From Raillietiella orientalis (lineage: Eukaryota): a stretch of DNA of 64,000 nt. The notes below the pieces were generated by a model. The model worked only from the letters and a program-made list of their open reading frames with translations, did no database searches and had not been told where the DNA came from. The DNA lies in assembly GCA_036172245.1 (NCBI GenBank), contig JAYWIR010000034.1, positions 744,001 through 808,000 of the forward strand, written 5' to 3'. Of the stretch, positions 35,101-47,600 are shown piece after piece. The position numbers were made by a program, and so were the translations under genes. Position 1 is the stretch's first letter. Every line of letters begins with the position of its first letter.

Positions 35101-38100
35101 AGGGTCACCGCCACCGCCGCGAATCAGCGAGCCACCAGCGTCGCAGCGGTGGCCTCCGCCACGCCCCTCCCACGCCCGTCGTCTCCCGGTTTCCCAGGAG
35201 GAAGGGGAGGGGAGGGGACGTAGACTGGCAACCGTCCTGCTGTGTGCGTCACTCGCGAGGACCTCTTCCCCCTCCCCCGTCTCCCGGGAAACGGACGGGA
35301 GATGAGGTGATCTGCAGGCCGGTGCGCACGGAAGGAATGGGGAAGGGGGGAGGAGCAGAGGGAAAGATGCGCCGGGGGACCGGAAACCCCTCCTCCCCTC
35401 CTACTATTGTGACAGCGGCGTGGCGTCGGAAGTCACGCCAGGAGGGAAGGGGTGGCAGCCGAGCTACCCACTTGGGAAGGAAGGAGCGGCAGAGGGCCCT
35501 ATCTTCCTTCTCACGGTCTCCACTCCAGGAGGGCGCCGTCTCTTTCCCTAGCGGCTTCCGAGAGCGCCCAGAGACTCATTTCTTGAGGGTGCCGCAACGG
35601 ACGGGGGAGGGGGAGATTGGGATGGAACCCTAGAACCGGCTGTGCCTGTGGGAGAGAGAAGGGAGGAGGAGACTCTTCCGCGCCGCGCCCTTACCGAGAG
35701 TGGGGTGAGGGAAGGCAGCGCGTGTCCGGGCTCTCCTGCAACGGGAAGACCCAGACGTCCCTCGCGGACTGCTAAAGGCGGGACCGGGCTGATTTGCAAC
35801 CCTTCACTTCCCGCAGGGAGCGCCGAGAGCGCGGGCGGGCAGGCTGCCGCCCCTCGAGGGAGGATCACCCCTTGGCGCGGATCGATCAGAGAAGCGACAA
35901 AGACGTCAGGGAGATGGACGAGTCTCCAAGGAAACCGAAGCGCAGGAACGGAGGGGAAGGGGAAAGGGAGGCGGGGGGGGGGGAGGGCAAGGAAAGGAAA
36001 CGAAAGGAAAGGTGCGAGATGGGGGTGGGGAGGGAAGAGCGGAAGGGGGACAGAGAAAAGCAGGGCCCCTGTGCGATCCGACCCGGTCGGGGAAGATGCG
36101 GAGGAGGGAGAGGGGGAGGAGCGATTGTGATGCAGCGACAGCATCCCCTCCTCGCCAGGGGATTAAAAACCTTCCGCTGCTCCTTTGTCCGCCGAGGCGG
36201 AGGCTAAAAATAGAAACCGCGCTCGTCTCCATGGAAGGCGGGACGTTGGATCCAAGGGCGTCACCTCCACGCTTCTTCCTCCCTCCCCCAAGGAAAGGGT
36301 GAAAGAAAGGGGCGAAAGAAAAGGAGCAAAAACAATAACCGTGAGATCCCTGGAGGGGGAGCCCGTTCTCCCGGCGTCGTCAAGGTGAGCGCCCGGCCCC
36401 TCGGGGTGCGTTCCTGGAGGAGGTGCCAAGACGTCCATCCTCATCCCTCGTCTTCCCGGAGCGACGGTGCTTTCGACGCCTCTCCGGCGACCCCGGCGGC
36501 CTCCTCTTCCCGCCAGCGACCCGGTTTTCCCCTTCCGGAGCGGCGAAGGCGGGCGATTCTTCTCCCTGCTCCCCTTCCCCAGCCGAGACGATCTACACCG
36601 CCGCCTCCCGGATTCTGGTTTCTCCCTGCGCGAAGGAAAATGGGGCCTCCCCCGCTATGCGCTCGGGAATGTGGGTCAAGGTGCGACCACAGAGTCCGTC
36701 CGGGAAGGAGGGGGGAACGCGAACCACGACGAGCCTGCCCGTCGGAAGCGACTGCTCGGTCACGGGAGGGAATTCGGGAATACAGGAGGCCCCTTTTTTT
36801 TTTCTCCCTCCCTCTCTCCCTTCGTTTCCTCCTTTGGGAGGCGGGGACTGTGTCTCCGAATCCTCAGCGGTTTCCGCCTGGAGAAGGGGGAACACGGGCG
36901 CGCGCCTCGTTCCCAATCCGGGAGAAGATCGACCCACTCCGTGTGGTGGCAAGCAGGAGTTGGCGGTCCTGTCAACGCCCAGGACCGGGAAGCAGATGAG
37001 CAAGCGTTTCTCACTGGGATCCTCCTCATTGCTCACCCTGGTGGGGATTCCACAAAAAATCGGCGTTGCCAGGAAAGCTCCGGGCTTCGGTTGCCAAAGC
37101 CAACGGGAGGATGTGGGGGGGACAGCTTTCGGATTCCCATTCCTGGGCGCGAACTTTCGGCTTCTTCCAGGGTTCTTTTCTCTCTCCTGTGATCCAGGAC
37201 GGGGACGCTCCGGGCGGAAACACGTCGGGAGGGAGGGAAGAAGTCACTCCGGAAATCCAGGGGGCAGGACAGGGGAGCGCCTCCTCCCTGCTTCGCGGAG
37301 CGAGGCGCCTCTCGCGGTGGGGTGGCATCGCGGCGAAGGCGCCGCGACGCCGTTCCTCCTCCCCATAGGAGGGGAAGGGAGGAGTTGCGATGGCAACCTC
37401 GAGCGAGTTCGTCTGCCCAACGGAGCCGGGATGCACTCCTTGCCTCCAGGAAGGGGACGTGGCGAGGAGCTGCGATGGCACTAGACGAAGCGATCAGGAA
37501 AGGAGAGGAGGAGGAGGAAGGGAATGGGCGAAGTCCAGCGCGGGCATGGGCGGCGCTGACACGTCGGCTCCCTCGAGAGACCCGGCGGAGGCGCTGGGAT
37601 CCCAAGGGCGAGTGGAAGTCCCGTCCTCCGTCTCCCTCCCTTGCCCCGAACCGCATCTCAAGAGCTCCCTCTCCTCTTTCTCCTCCCTTTCACGGTTTCT
37701 TCTATTTCTGCTCTCCTTCCCAGACGCACTGCGGAAAGCAGAGTCTTCCCCCCCATTTTTTCTTGCAGGGAAGGGAGGGAAGAGGAGGATCCCTGGAGCC
37801 TCTGCTGCTCCCTGCCCTCGGGAGACCCGCCGACGGCGGCCCTTCCTGAGGAATCCATGAGGGTCAAAATGACGTGGTTTGCCGAGAGAGCCGGGGGAGA
37901 AGGCAGGAGGGGAACTGGGGGTGGAAAGAGAGGGGGAGGAAGAAAGGGGAAGGAAGCGATGAGCCGGCCGAGCGCGACCGCGGGTCGTGGCGGGGGCGCA
38001 GCGGGAGACCTCGGCCGCCATGCAGGTCCAAAGTGGCTGAGCATTCTTCGCGTTCCGGTCGGTATGGCAGCACGGATGGGGTGGGGCGGGAAGGGGAAAA

Positions 38101-41100
38101 AGGGGGGGGGAGGAAGGGAGGGAGGAAAAGAGGACATGCGCGTCCGCACCTTGGTCAGCTCGAAGGACCACAGGAAAGACGCGAACTCGCAACGCTGCCC
38201 GATGCTCTTCGATCTCCCCGCGGATGCTGCTGCTGTCGGAAGGGTCCGAGGTGGGGCCAGCTTGGTTAATACCCCTTGCCCTCGAGCCTGCCCTCTCTCC
38301 TTCTCCTCTGCCCCTCGTGTCTCCCGGTCTTCTTCCCGGGACAGCGCTCAGTGGCAACGGGAGTCGCCTCTGCTTTCTCCCCTCCGGGAAGGCGGTGCGA
38401 ATCGCAGTCAGCTGCGCTTCTTCCGCAGCTTTCCGTTGCCGTTGGCAACGGGCGTGTTTGTTCGTTCGGAAGGGGCAAGGGGGATTTCTCCGCGGTCCCT
38501 ACCGTCTGCGTCAGATGTTCTCTGATTTCGCACGTCGCGGCGGATAAGCAGCCGCCACAGAGGCTCTGGACCGATCCCGTCGTCTCCCTCCGCGCAGTCG
38601 CGGGATTCCAGAAGAGGGACCGCTCGGGCCAGCTGGCCCTTCCGGGAGAGGCGACCCTTTGAATCTATCCCGACGGAGTCGGAGCGCGCGCTGTGTCCGA
38701 GGGCGTCGGGGACGACCGCTCCTACTGGCAGAGCCCGGTCAGTCCCTTCCGGGATGGCACCGGAAGCGACGTGACTCCCCCCAGAGGACTCGGCAGTTCC
38801 GGTTGTGGGAGGAGGGGGGGGGGCACCTTCGGCTCGCAACTCGCGGTAGCGCCCTCGCGTGTGGAGGCTGCGGCAAGCTGGACCGGATCGCGTCGTCACT
38901 TCCATCCTGCAAGCTGCGCTCCTGCGGGAACACCTGTTCAAGGCTTCCCGACTATTTCTAAATCATATCTTAATTATCCCTTACATGCGCCGGGAGAAAG
39001 CGATCCAAGTGCGTCCCGAAAGAAGGGAATTTTTTGGCATCCCGCCAGCATCCCGATAACTTCTCGCAGCCTCCCTCTCTGCCCTTCCGGCCAGATGGAC
39101 CCCGCGAAAACCGAAAGGAAGGCCTAACGAAGGAAGAAAAAAAAAAACTCTGTAGTGTACGCACGCCGACGTAGCGAGGGTGTTGCTGGTTGGTGCCGAT
39201 GCTGCTGCCATGGTAACGGCGTTCGCACTCGCTGCCCCTCTCCTTCGGGGGAGGAGACGTGGCGTCCGGTCGAATGGCATCCATCTCGTTCCGCTTCTTC
39301 CTCTTTCCGACTCCTCCCCCCCTCCATCCCGTCCAGAATGCAGAAGGAAACCCACCGCGGAGCCGCCGCTCAGAAGGCCCGGACCCCTGGCGCGAGAGGC
39401 GAGCTCGTCCCCGCGGGGTGGGACCCGAACGCGCGCGCAGGACGCGTGGCGAAGAGGCACGGGAACCAGCACGGCGCCGCCCCCGCGTGTTCAGGCCGAC
39501 TCCGCGCGCGTCCGACGCGCCCCCTGGAACCACGAGCGAGGGGGGCGACTTCCCGAACGGCGCCGACGTTCGGGAAGGAGAACGGCCTGGAGGAAGGAGA
39601 GGAAGAGCCACGGGAAAAAACTTCCTTGAGGTCTCCCACCCACCCCACCCATTTCGCTGGAGATCCCGAGCTTCCGTGGGCTTCCCCCCAAAAAGAGGGC
39701 TTTCGCCCTGGAGACCCGAACGGACGCGCCGGCAGGAATGCTCCTTCCCTCCCTTCCTACACCATCTCAAAGGTGGCGGCGAGTCACCAAGCAGGCCTTG
39801 TCTCTGCCTCTGACCTGCCTTTCTCGCTGCTGGTGAGGCTGAGGAAAAGTCGGAAATCGCCGCCGCCGCTTCCCAGCAGACGGCAGCCCGAGCTCGGTCG
39901 CTCCTTTCAGCTCTTTCCGAAAACGGAACTGCGGTCGCCGGGTGTCCCTTCCGCGGAACCGAGCCAGCAAAGGCCCCAGCAGGAAACTCCCACGCGCGCA
40001 GTCGGAACCTGGGATGACCTTTCAGGGCGCATCTCAACCCTACCAGAAGACGAGTCTCGCACAATTTGTCGCAAGCACGTTGGTTCCTTCCTCCACGAGG
40101 ATTCCTGACACACGAAGGCTGCCCTGCTTTTAATTGAGCCATAATTGCATCCACTTCTCGCTGGGATTCGAGCTTACCGAGTCATAGCAACGGAAGAAGG
40201 GGGAGGGAAAAGAGGAGGAGGGGGGGGGGGGAAGAAAGAACGAAAGAAAAGAAGAAAAAAAAAAGAAGGAAAAAAGGCATCTTTTCTGTCACAATTAGTG
40301 ACCCTAATTTGTGCACCGTTTGAGGACGCACATCCCCTTGTCGCGCGTGTCCTGCCGCGTGTTTCTTCCTCGGCAACTTTTCTATCGAGGATGGATAGCA
40401 CGACGATGCTGCTATTAACTTTCCGATAATTCGTTCGTGACTCGATCGCGTTACGTCATCGGGCGTTATCGATCACCTCCGAGTGTTTTCGAATCCTTAC
40501 TTGGAGTTTCCTTCGTGATCGCGGCGGTCGCTTCCGCGGGAAGAAAGAAAGACACGGTACCAGCAGCAGCATCAGTGACGATCTCTCTACCAGCCTTTTT
40601 GGCTTGGCGCAGGCGGTCTCACCGCGGTGCGAACTCGGCGCCGAGCAAACGCCGGGGATCGCCAAAATTTCCGGAGTAAAGGATGGGGAGATCGGACGAT
40701 GCAGCCCTCTGACCTTGAAGTGGAGGAAATCGAATCGCATCCAGAGTCGTTTATGCGACTAAAGAACCCGACGCTCCGGATGATGCCCGTGTCGGCGTCC
40801 CTTTCGACCAGCAGGGTTCACGGGCTCAGCGAAAAGCCGGCGGAGTTTTCGAAGACTGCAGCAAGCTGCAGAAGCTGTGCCTTCGAGTCGGGTGATTGCA
40901 GCTGCGAGGAGTGGCGGTTTTGCTGATGCCGTGGTGATGATGAAGCGGCAAGGCAGAGCGGAACCGCGGTCCTCTGAACTGGCTTTTCCAGAATCCGATC
41001 TTTCGCATCAGGGTTACAGAGAGAGAAAGAGAGGCGTCGATCCGAGGTAACGGATTGGTGGTTTCATGGCTGGGAAAGGCTACCCACATTCGTCCGATTC

Positions 41101-44039
41101 CGGAGGGTCGCTCGGGTCAATTGGCACTCGTCGAGGTGCAGGCACGCGGGAGCCTCCCTCGCTGCTGTCTTGCGCTGCTTCTGCTGCCAGGGTGTCAGCG
41201 TTCAGAGGACACTCCCACGAAGATTCCTTTTCCGGCTGTTTTTCGCCCGTGATCTGGTAAAGAAGTCATTCCCAGTGCTCGTTCTCTGACTTTCACCCAG
41301 GATGACCTTTTTTCGCAACCAGCGTCCGATCTTTCCCTCACATTCATCTAGAGGTCAGAGGGAACGGAAGCTGCCGCCGCAGTGGTGCGGAAGGAGGGAG
41401 GGACAGGGAGAGAGAAAACCCTCTTGCGGCTCCACGGAACACTCGGCGGTGTGTCTTTGCACACCTCCGCGCGAAAACACCTCGTGACAAAAAGGTTGAT
41501 TTCTTCGGCACACCCCCGGTGGCGGGATCTTTGTGGTGGCTGGCAGCAGTCACTGTGCACTTCTCGTTGTTTCCTCGGAAAATCTTAAACGATGGAATCT
41601 TCAGAGGCTCTGGTTCTATTTTAGCTTTTTTTTTTTTTTGCCGTCCTGTCATTGGATGGCAGTGCGGCGGAGCTTCAATTCGTAGGGGGGTTGGGGGGGG
41701 GGGGAAAGGTGGAGAGACGGCCTTAAAGACTAGCCGGGCGCGTTGTCCCAAAAGGAAGCGCGCTCCGTCGCGGTCGCGTCCGCCTTACTTGGAGCAGGGA
41801 AAAAGGTGACCTGGAATATCGTGGCGAGCTTTCAGTTCTTTCTGGCTTGGCCGCAGCCACCCGTAGAGAGCCGACGTGTTCGTGCTCAAGTCGTCGCGCG
41901 TAACGTGGGGCACCGCGGTGACGCGCCGCTGATCCAAGAGCGATTCTGAGCACCGGTCCCGATGCGTGGATGCTGAGCGAGCTGCTTTCACTTTGGTCTA
42001 CTCTGAGCAGCCCTCTCCTGGCAACCGCAGTCCGGAGCTCTCCCGTCCGATCTCCGTGGAAGGCTGCGTGGCTGAAACCTCCACGAAACCGGTCGCAGGA
42101 TTAGGGAGAGCTCTCACTCTTCCCGAAAGGGAAAAAAAAAAATTCCGGAAGCGGGAGGGAGTCGGTGGTCTCCCTTGGAGACGGGAAAGAGCATTCCGAA
42201 AGGCGCAAAGGGTACATCGGCTGGACCCTTGAAACGCAGGGAACCTCTTCCTCCCGTCTCCCGCTTCCCTTGCAAGCGCGCCCCGCGCACAAGAGGGCGA
42301 TGATGGGCGCTGTCGGAAGCGAACTAGGATGGTCACACGAATTGGAAGATCGTGACGGGATCCAGTGGACCATTGACGCCACAACCCTCCTTTGTTTCGC
42401 CGAGCAATTCCCGATAATTCTGCTTTCAAGATGAAACTTTCACCTTGTCACAAAACGGTGAACGCCATTCGGGTGTTGGCGAAACTATCTTCACACGTTT
42501 CCAGAGCAACCGTGCGCCATCTCTTTCCGTAGTTCCGGTGGCCGGAAGAAGCCCCACCTAAAAACGTAGGAAGATGTACACACCCAGATCTCATTACCTA
42601 GTGTATTAGGATCTGGAGATGCTCATTCGGGAAGCTGCGTCAATTTGCGACTCTCATGAATGCACCAAGAATCAGTGCACCGTAAAGCGGAAGGTGAGCT
42701 TCAGGAAGAACACCTGAAAAGGATTGAATCCACACCTCTAAGAAAGAAACAAAAGCTGCACTTCCGCTTCCCAAGAGATGCGTCGCGCATAAAAGCTCAA
42801 GGTAAAAGGAACGCGGCAGTGCGTTGAAGACAGAAAAATTGAGCTACCAGAAGGACCACCAAATGAAACGCGCGGGACCACCCCAGGAAGCGACTGTCTG
42901 TCCAGGATCTCGCCCTCCCCTTTAGGCCTGCTTATCGTGAACGCGTACTCCGAAGGAGCATATGGAATTTTCTCCCACTCCCTGTGCCTTATGATTACGC
43001 TCTCAACTTTCTGGAGACAAATTCCGTTAAAACCGTTACGTCTTCCACACAAAAGAATCTCCCTAAGGAGCCTCGTGTTATTCTTAAGAAAATGATTTTC
43101 GCTGACACATTCCCCATTCAGTCGAGAGTCCGTTACTTTTGCTTTTGTTCAGTACACTAAGAAGAGGATTCGGGAGTGAAAGCAGGGAAAGGAAATAATA
43201 GTAATAATAATAAAAAAAAAAAAAAAGGAAGTCTAATACTGCTTCCAACCACTCACTTAGAAGGATTGAGAACTTTTCCGATCGCAGCTACGGTTTCAGC
43301 ACTTTCGGTGTTGAAGGAGTATTCAGGGATAAAATGGGGTTTGAAACAAAGGAAAGCAGCAGCTATTCCTCTTTTCGTCATCGCAGGAAACTTTGTATGC
43401 TCTTGTGGCCAAAAAAAAAAAAGAAGGAAAACTAGGAAATCAAGTTGCAGACGGAGATAATTTAATCGATGAACAGTTGAACCCGATGTTCGTTATTACC
43501 GATAAATAATTTTATCAGTGGAGCATGCAGCCACGTCCCGTTTCCAAGGTGGCGGAACTGACGCGTTCGAATGAAACCAAAAGTCGCGGGAGGGTGCACG
43601 CTCGCTGCTTCGCGTGCTTCCAAGGAGTTATTCCCGGATGGATTCCGGAGAGTTTACCCAGCAAATGCATTCTTCCGTAAGATCTTCGTGTAAGAATCTG
43701 TCTGAGAAGCATAAAGGGGGGGGAAGAGCAGCAACAAAAGTATGCGCGACGAAAGTATGCGGCTTGCGGTTTTCCGTGAGCACCGAGTCCCGTGTTTATG
43801 TTCCGGAGAGCGGGAATGCCATTCCTTGTTCGCCGTGAGGAGGAACCTTTTTTCTGCTTTTTTTCAACTGGGCACGAGCGTACTGCCCGTATCCAGGGAG
43901 ACCGCATCACTACCACCTCTCACTCGCATCACGTGGCTCCTACGTGGGTTTCGCATCGCCGTCGACGGGAAAACGTCCAAGTGGCAACAATGTGCTTATA
44001 AATAAAACAGAACAAGAAGGGAGGAAGGAGGGGGAGGGA

Positions 44040-44068
44040 GAGGAGGAGGAGGAGGAGGAGGAGGAGGA
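44040..44068. repeat. (GAG)n microsatellite
   Basis: gaggaggaggaggag... seen directly. Confidence 0.9.
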
Positions 44069-44615
44069 GCGGAAGGAAGGAAGGAATCTCTCAAGTAACT
44101 GCGCATTCTTCGCGTGGTTTTGGGATTGAGATTTTTGTAATTAGATTCGATCTCGGCGTCCATCCAGGCCATCGTGAAAATCAAATAAAACAAAAGGACG
44201 TATTCTTGCAGGCTGCTGCGTAAGAAGAAGTGTGCGAGCGAGCGGGGAGGGCGGGTGGAGGGTGAAAATGTGGAAAACGCTGTTCCGGCAGCTCCTTCAA
44301 AGATGAGAAACTTCACAGAAGCACAATTTTCGTTTTGTCTTTGCCAGGAGGAAATCGTTCATGCGAGGGGATCAGAACAAACAGAACCGAAGTGTCCGAA
44401 GATTCTGGGCTTCTTTTCCGTGCTGCAAGCGCTCTCGGGTAGGAGATGGAACTCTCTCGGGCGCCCGAGAAGTCCCCATTGCATTCGAGTGCAAGAATTT
44501 TTTAATGAGTGGATAATGAAGGAATCGCTCGGCTGTTTTATGAAATACACCATTCTTTGGCGATGTCCGAAGGAAAAGGAGTAGTGTGTGTGGATCCGTG
44601 CTATGTGTGCGCGCA

Positions 44616-44618
<3 letters not shown>

Positions 44619-44648
<30 letters not shown>
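44619..44648. repeat. (GT)15 microsatellite
   Basis: Uninterrupted gt run seen directly. Confidence 0.95.
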
Positions 44649-44650
<2 letters not shown>

Positions 44651-47600
44651 ACGTGTGTGTCGGGAGGGGGGTGGGGCTACGTGCACATCCCACGACGCGC
44701 CGAAGCAGGAGGCAAAGGAAAGGAAAACGGTGAAAACGCGAGCCAAGGTGGGGTGGGAGATCCTCAGCCCATTATCGATCGATCTCCCCGCGTATCGAAA
44801 GCGGGTTGAACATCCCGGATGACGAATACGGATGACGGCGAGTCTGGGCTTTGAGGGAAGATTCTCCTCTCCTTTTCTCGCGGCGCGGCGGGAAACCCTT
44901 TGGGCGACTGCTGAGGAGCCCTCGAAATGTTGATATTAATTACCGGCGGAACGATCAGAGGAGCATCAGCTGATCGCGGCTCGAACGGAGGATCACGTGA
45001 GTTCCGTGCTTTAAGGCGCGCGCTCGCGCGGCGCGTGTTTTCCTTTCTTCGCGGTTTTCCCCTCCAATTAAAATTCCAACCGGTGGAGAAATTCGATCGG
45101 AAATAAACAGGCGCCGGGGCGAAGACATCCCGTCCCATATGTCGCGTGCATTACCGTTGCGCAACCGACACCGGGCAGTTCTCCGGTCAGGCGGCGGTTA
45201 AGGCGTAGCGCCAAGCAGAAAAACGCAGGTGCTCCGCGCGCGCGCGCAAGCTCGCCGCGCGGACGGCTTCCTAGGAAGCGCCGCCGCCGCCGCCGCCGCC
45301 GAGTCCTCCTCATAACGGAAAGACGTTGCCCGAATGTTCATGTGCGTTATGGGAGGCTGGGTTGTGAGCGACTCCCCGAGGCCGCCGGTGACCATAAGGT
45401 GCGCGCGCTCGAGTCGGAACTCGAGGGGAAGGAGCAACGTACCTTCCCATCTGCCTTCGATCGAGGTGGCTGCGGATGGAGGGGACACCCACCCTCGCTT
45501 GCTGCAGAGCAGGTTCGGACCCGAGGCAGCCAGGAAGGAGAGGGTGTGTTGGTGGGGAGGGGGGGAAGGAAAGTCCTCCCGCTCTTCCTGGGAACCGGCA
45601 GCGGGAGACCGGGAGGTCTTAAAGGAGCCGCCGTCGTTTACCAGTTCCCGGCCGCAGGAGCCCTCTTAACCTTCCAGCGCGCGTGCATCTCGAGAGCGGT
45701 CGCCCACAGCTGATCGCCTGGAGCATCAGAGCGGTGCCTTTCCCCCTCTCTCCGGTCGGTCCTTCCTGCCAGGCGGAGGGGGTGATGGATGCGAGTCGGG
45801 AAGCAACGCCTGGCATCGGGAGGGAGAGAGGGACGAAGGGAAGGAGGGAGAGAGGGGAATACGCGGGAAGAGAAACCGGGAGGAGCGAGGCCCAGGGGAC
45901 TGGCTCACCGGATTCGGGGGAGACTGGACGGTCTCCTCCAGCCGCTCCGGGGCTGCTTTTCGGAAAGAAGACGGGTTCGCTCCAGGGTCGTGGACGAGCA
46001 GTGCAAGGGAAAAAGCAGGACCGCAAGCTCGCAGAGTCCCGAGAGGCGAAGACGAAAGCTGGAGGGGATCCCGAAAGTCATCCTAAACAGATGCGGTCCT
46101 TGGTAATCCCTGGGGAGGCGCTGGTGGTTCCTTCCCCCGATCCTCTCCACGGTGGATGGTGGGTCGCGAGGCCGCGAGGCGGCCGCATGCCCCGTCGGGC
46201 CACGTGGCAGGAAGCGAGAGGGAGGGGAGTCTGCCCTCCGCACCTGAACTTCGGCCGATGAAGTGAAGGGCAAAGAGCCGCCTTTGCTCTAGGGAGGAGC
46301 CAAATGAGGGCAGGTCCGACAATTCTGCACGAGAGGAGCATGTCCGTAAGCTTCCCTGCCTATGAGGATGCTGTTCCCCGAGGGTCCAGGGAGTTCCCTC
46401 CCCCTCATCTTGTCAGGAGACGCTTTTTAGACTGGTCTTTTGATCCCGAAGTTCCTCGGATGAGTCGCACCTTCCCCGTTCGGCGCTTCCAGCATCTTCT
46501 CCCCGTAAGCGCTGGCGCAGCCCTTTCCTTCCGACTGCGGGCATCCCTCCTGACCCCCGCCAAGAAGTGGGACCGTAGCGCGAGTTAGCCTGCTCCCCCT
46601 CCAGCCTAAATACAGGGGCGGAAGAGAGGCATCTGGAACGAGGACCAGATTGGACGACGGAGACCGCGGAGCCGCGTGGACTCCGACGGCCGGCTTCTTC
46701 CGAGGGGCGCAGGGGGGAGGGGGACCTGCGGAGAACCATCGATGGGGAGGCCTGTGGGAAAACCCGGAGTACTCCAGCGGCGACCTCCCTAGAAGCGGGG
46801 GAGACCCACGGGACTTTCTCCGGCCGAGGGAGTCCTTCCGTGGCCCCCGCAGGACTTTCTCCGGCGTTCGCGCGCTGACGACTGCCGCGCGGATGCGACG
46901 CGGCGTGGCGGAGAAACCGCCAAAGCGGGGAGAGCAGCTGGCGAGGCGGCGGCTACGGGATGCCGAAACGAGCGCGCGCGAGAGAGCACGTGCTGCAGGA
47001 GCCAAGGGAACCCGCATCCAGGCTTCTCGACTCTTTGGCCTACTGTTCGTGTCCTGCTCCTTCTCCGGACGCGGAGCGAGGACCTCCCTTTGGGACGAAG
47101 AGGTGCTCGCGACGGGGATGGGGGAGGAGGGCAACGGGGCGAGAGGATACCTACCGGAGACGTGCGCAGGAACTTCAACGGAGCTGCCCAAAAGCATTTC
47201 GCCGGCGACATCACAACGAGATGTCCCACCTTTGCACCCTCAAGGATCGGATGGGATCTCGGAGTGTCGCGAGGGTCGCCATTCTTTCTACCAGAGGCGC
47301 TCTTTGGCGAAGAATGCGTGTCACCAAAGGAGAACTCGAGTACCCCGGGCATTCCCGTTCGTCATATGGTCAAGGAAAGTCCATCGGGACACTGTTTTAG
47401 CTAAGGTGAACCTGCACTCCGATCAAGGTGAGGAGGAAGGATAGTCGTGTAACGGACAAATCTTCATGGTTTGGAGACCTAAGAAGGTATTATCTTCCCT
47501 GAATTATTAATCGCCGAAACCAGAAAAAAAAGAAAAGAAAAGAAAAAGGAGAGAAAAAAAGAAGAGAAACTCAGGCCGCTGGCGAGAACGCGACCCTCGT

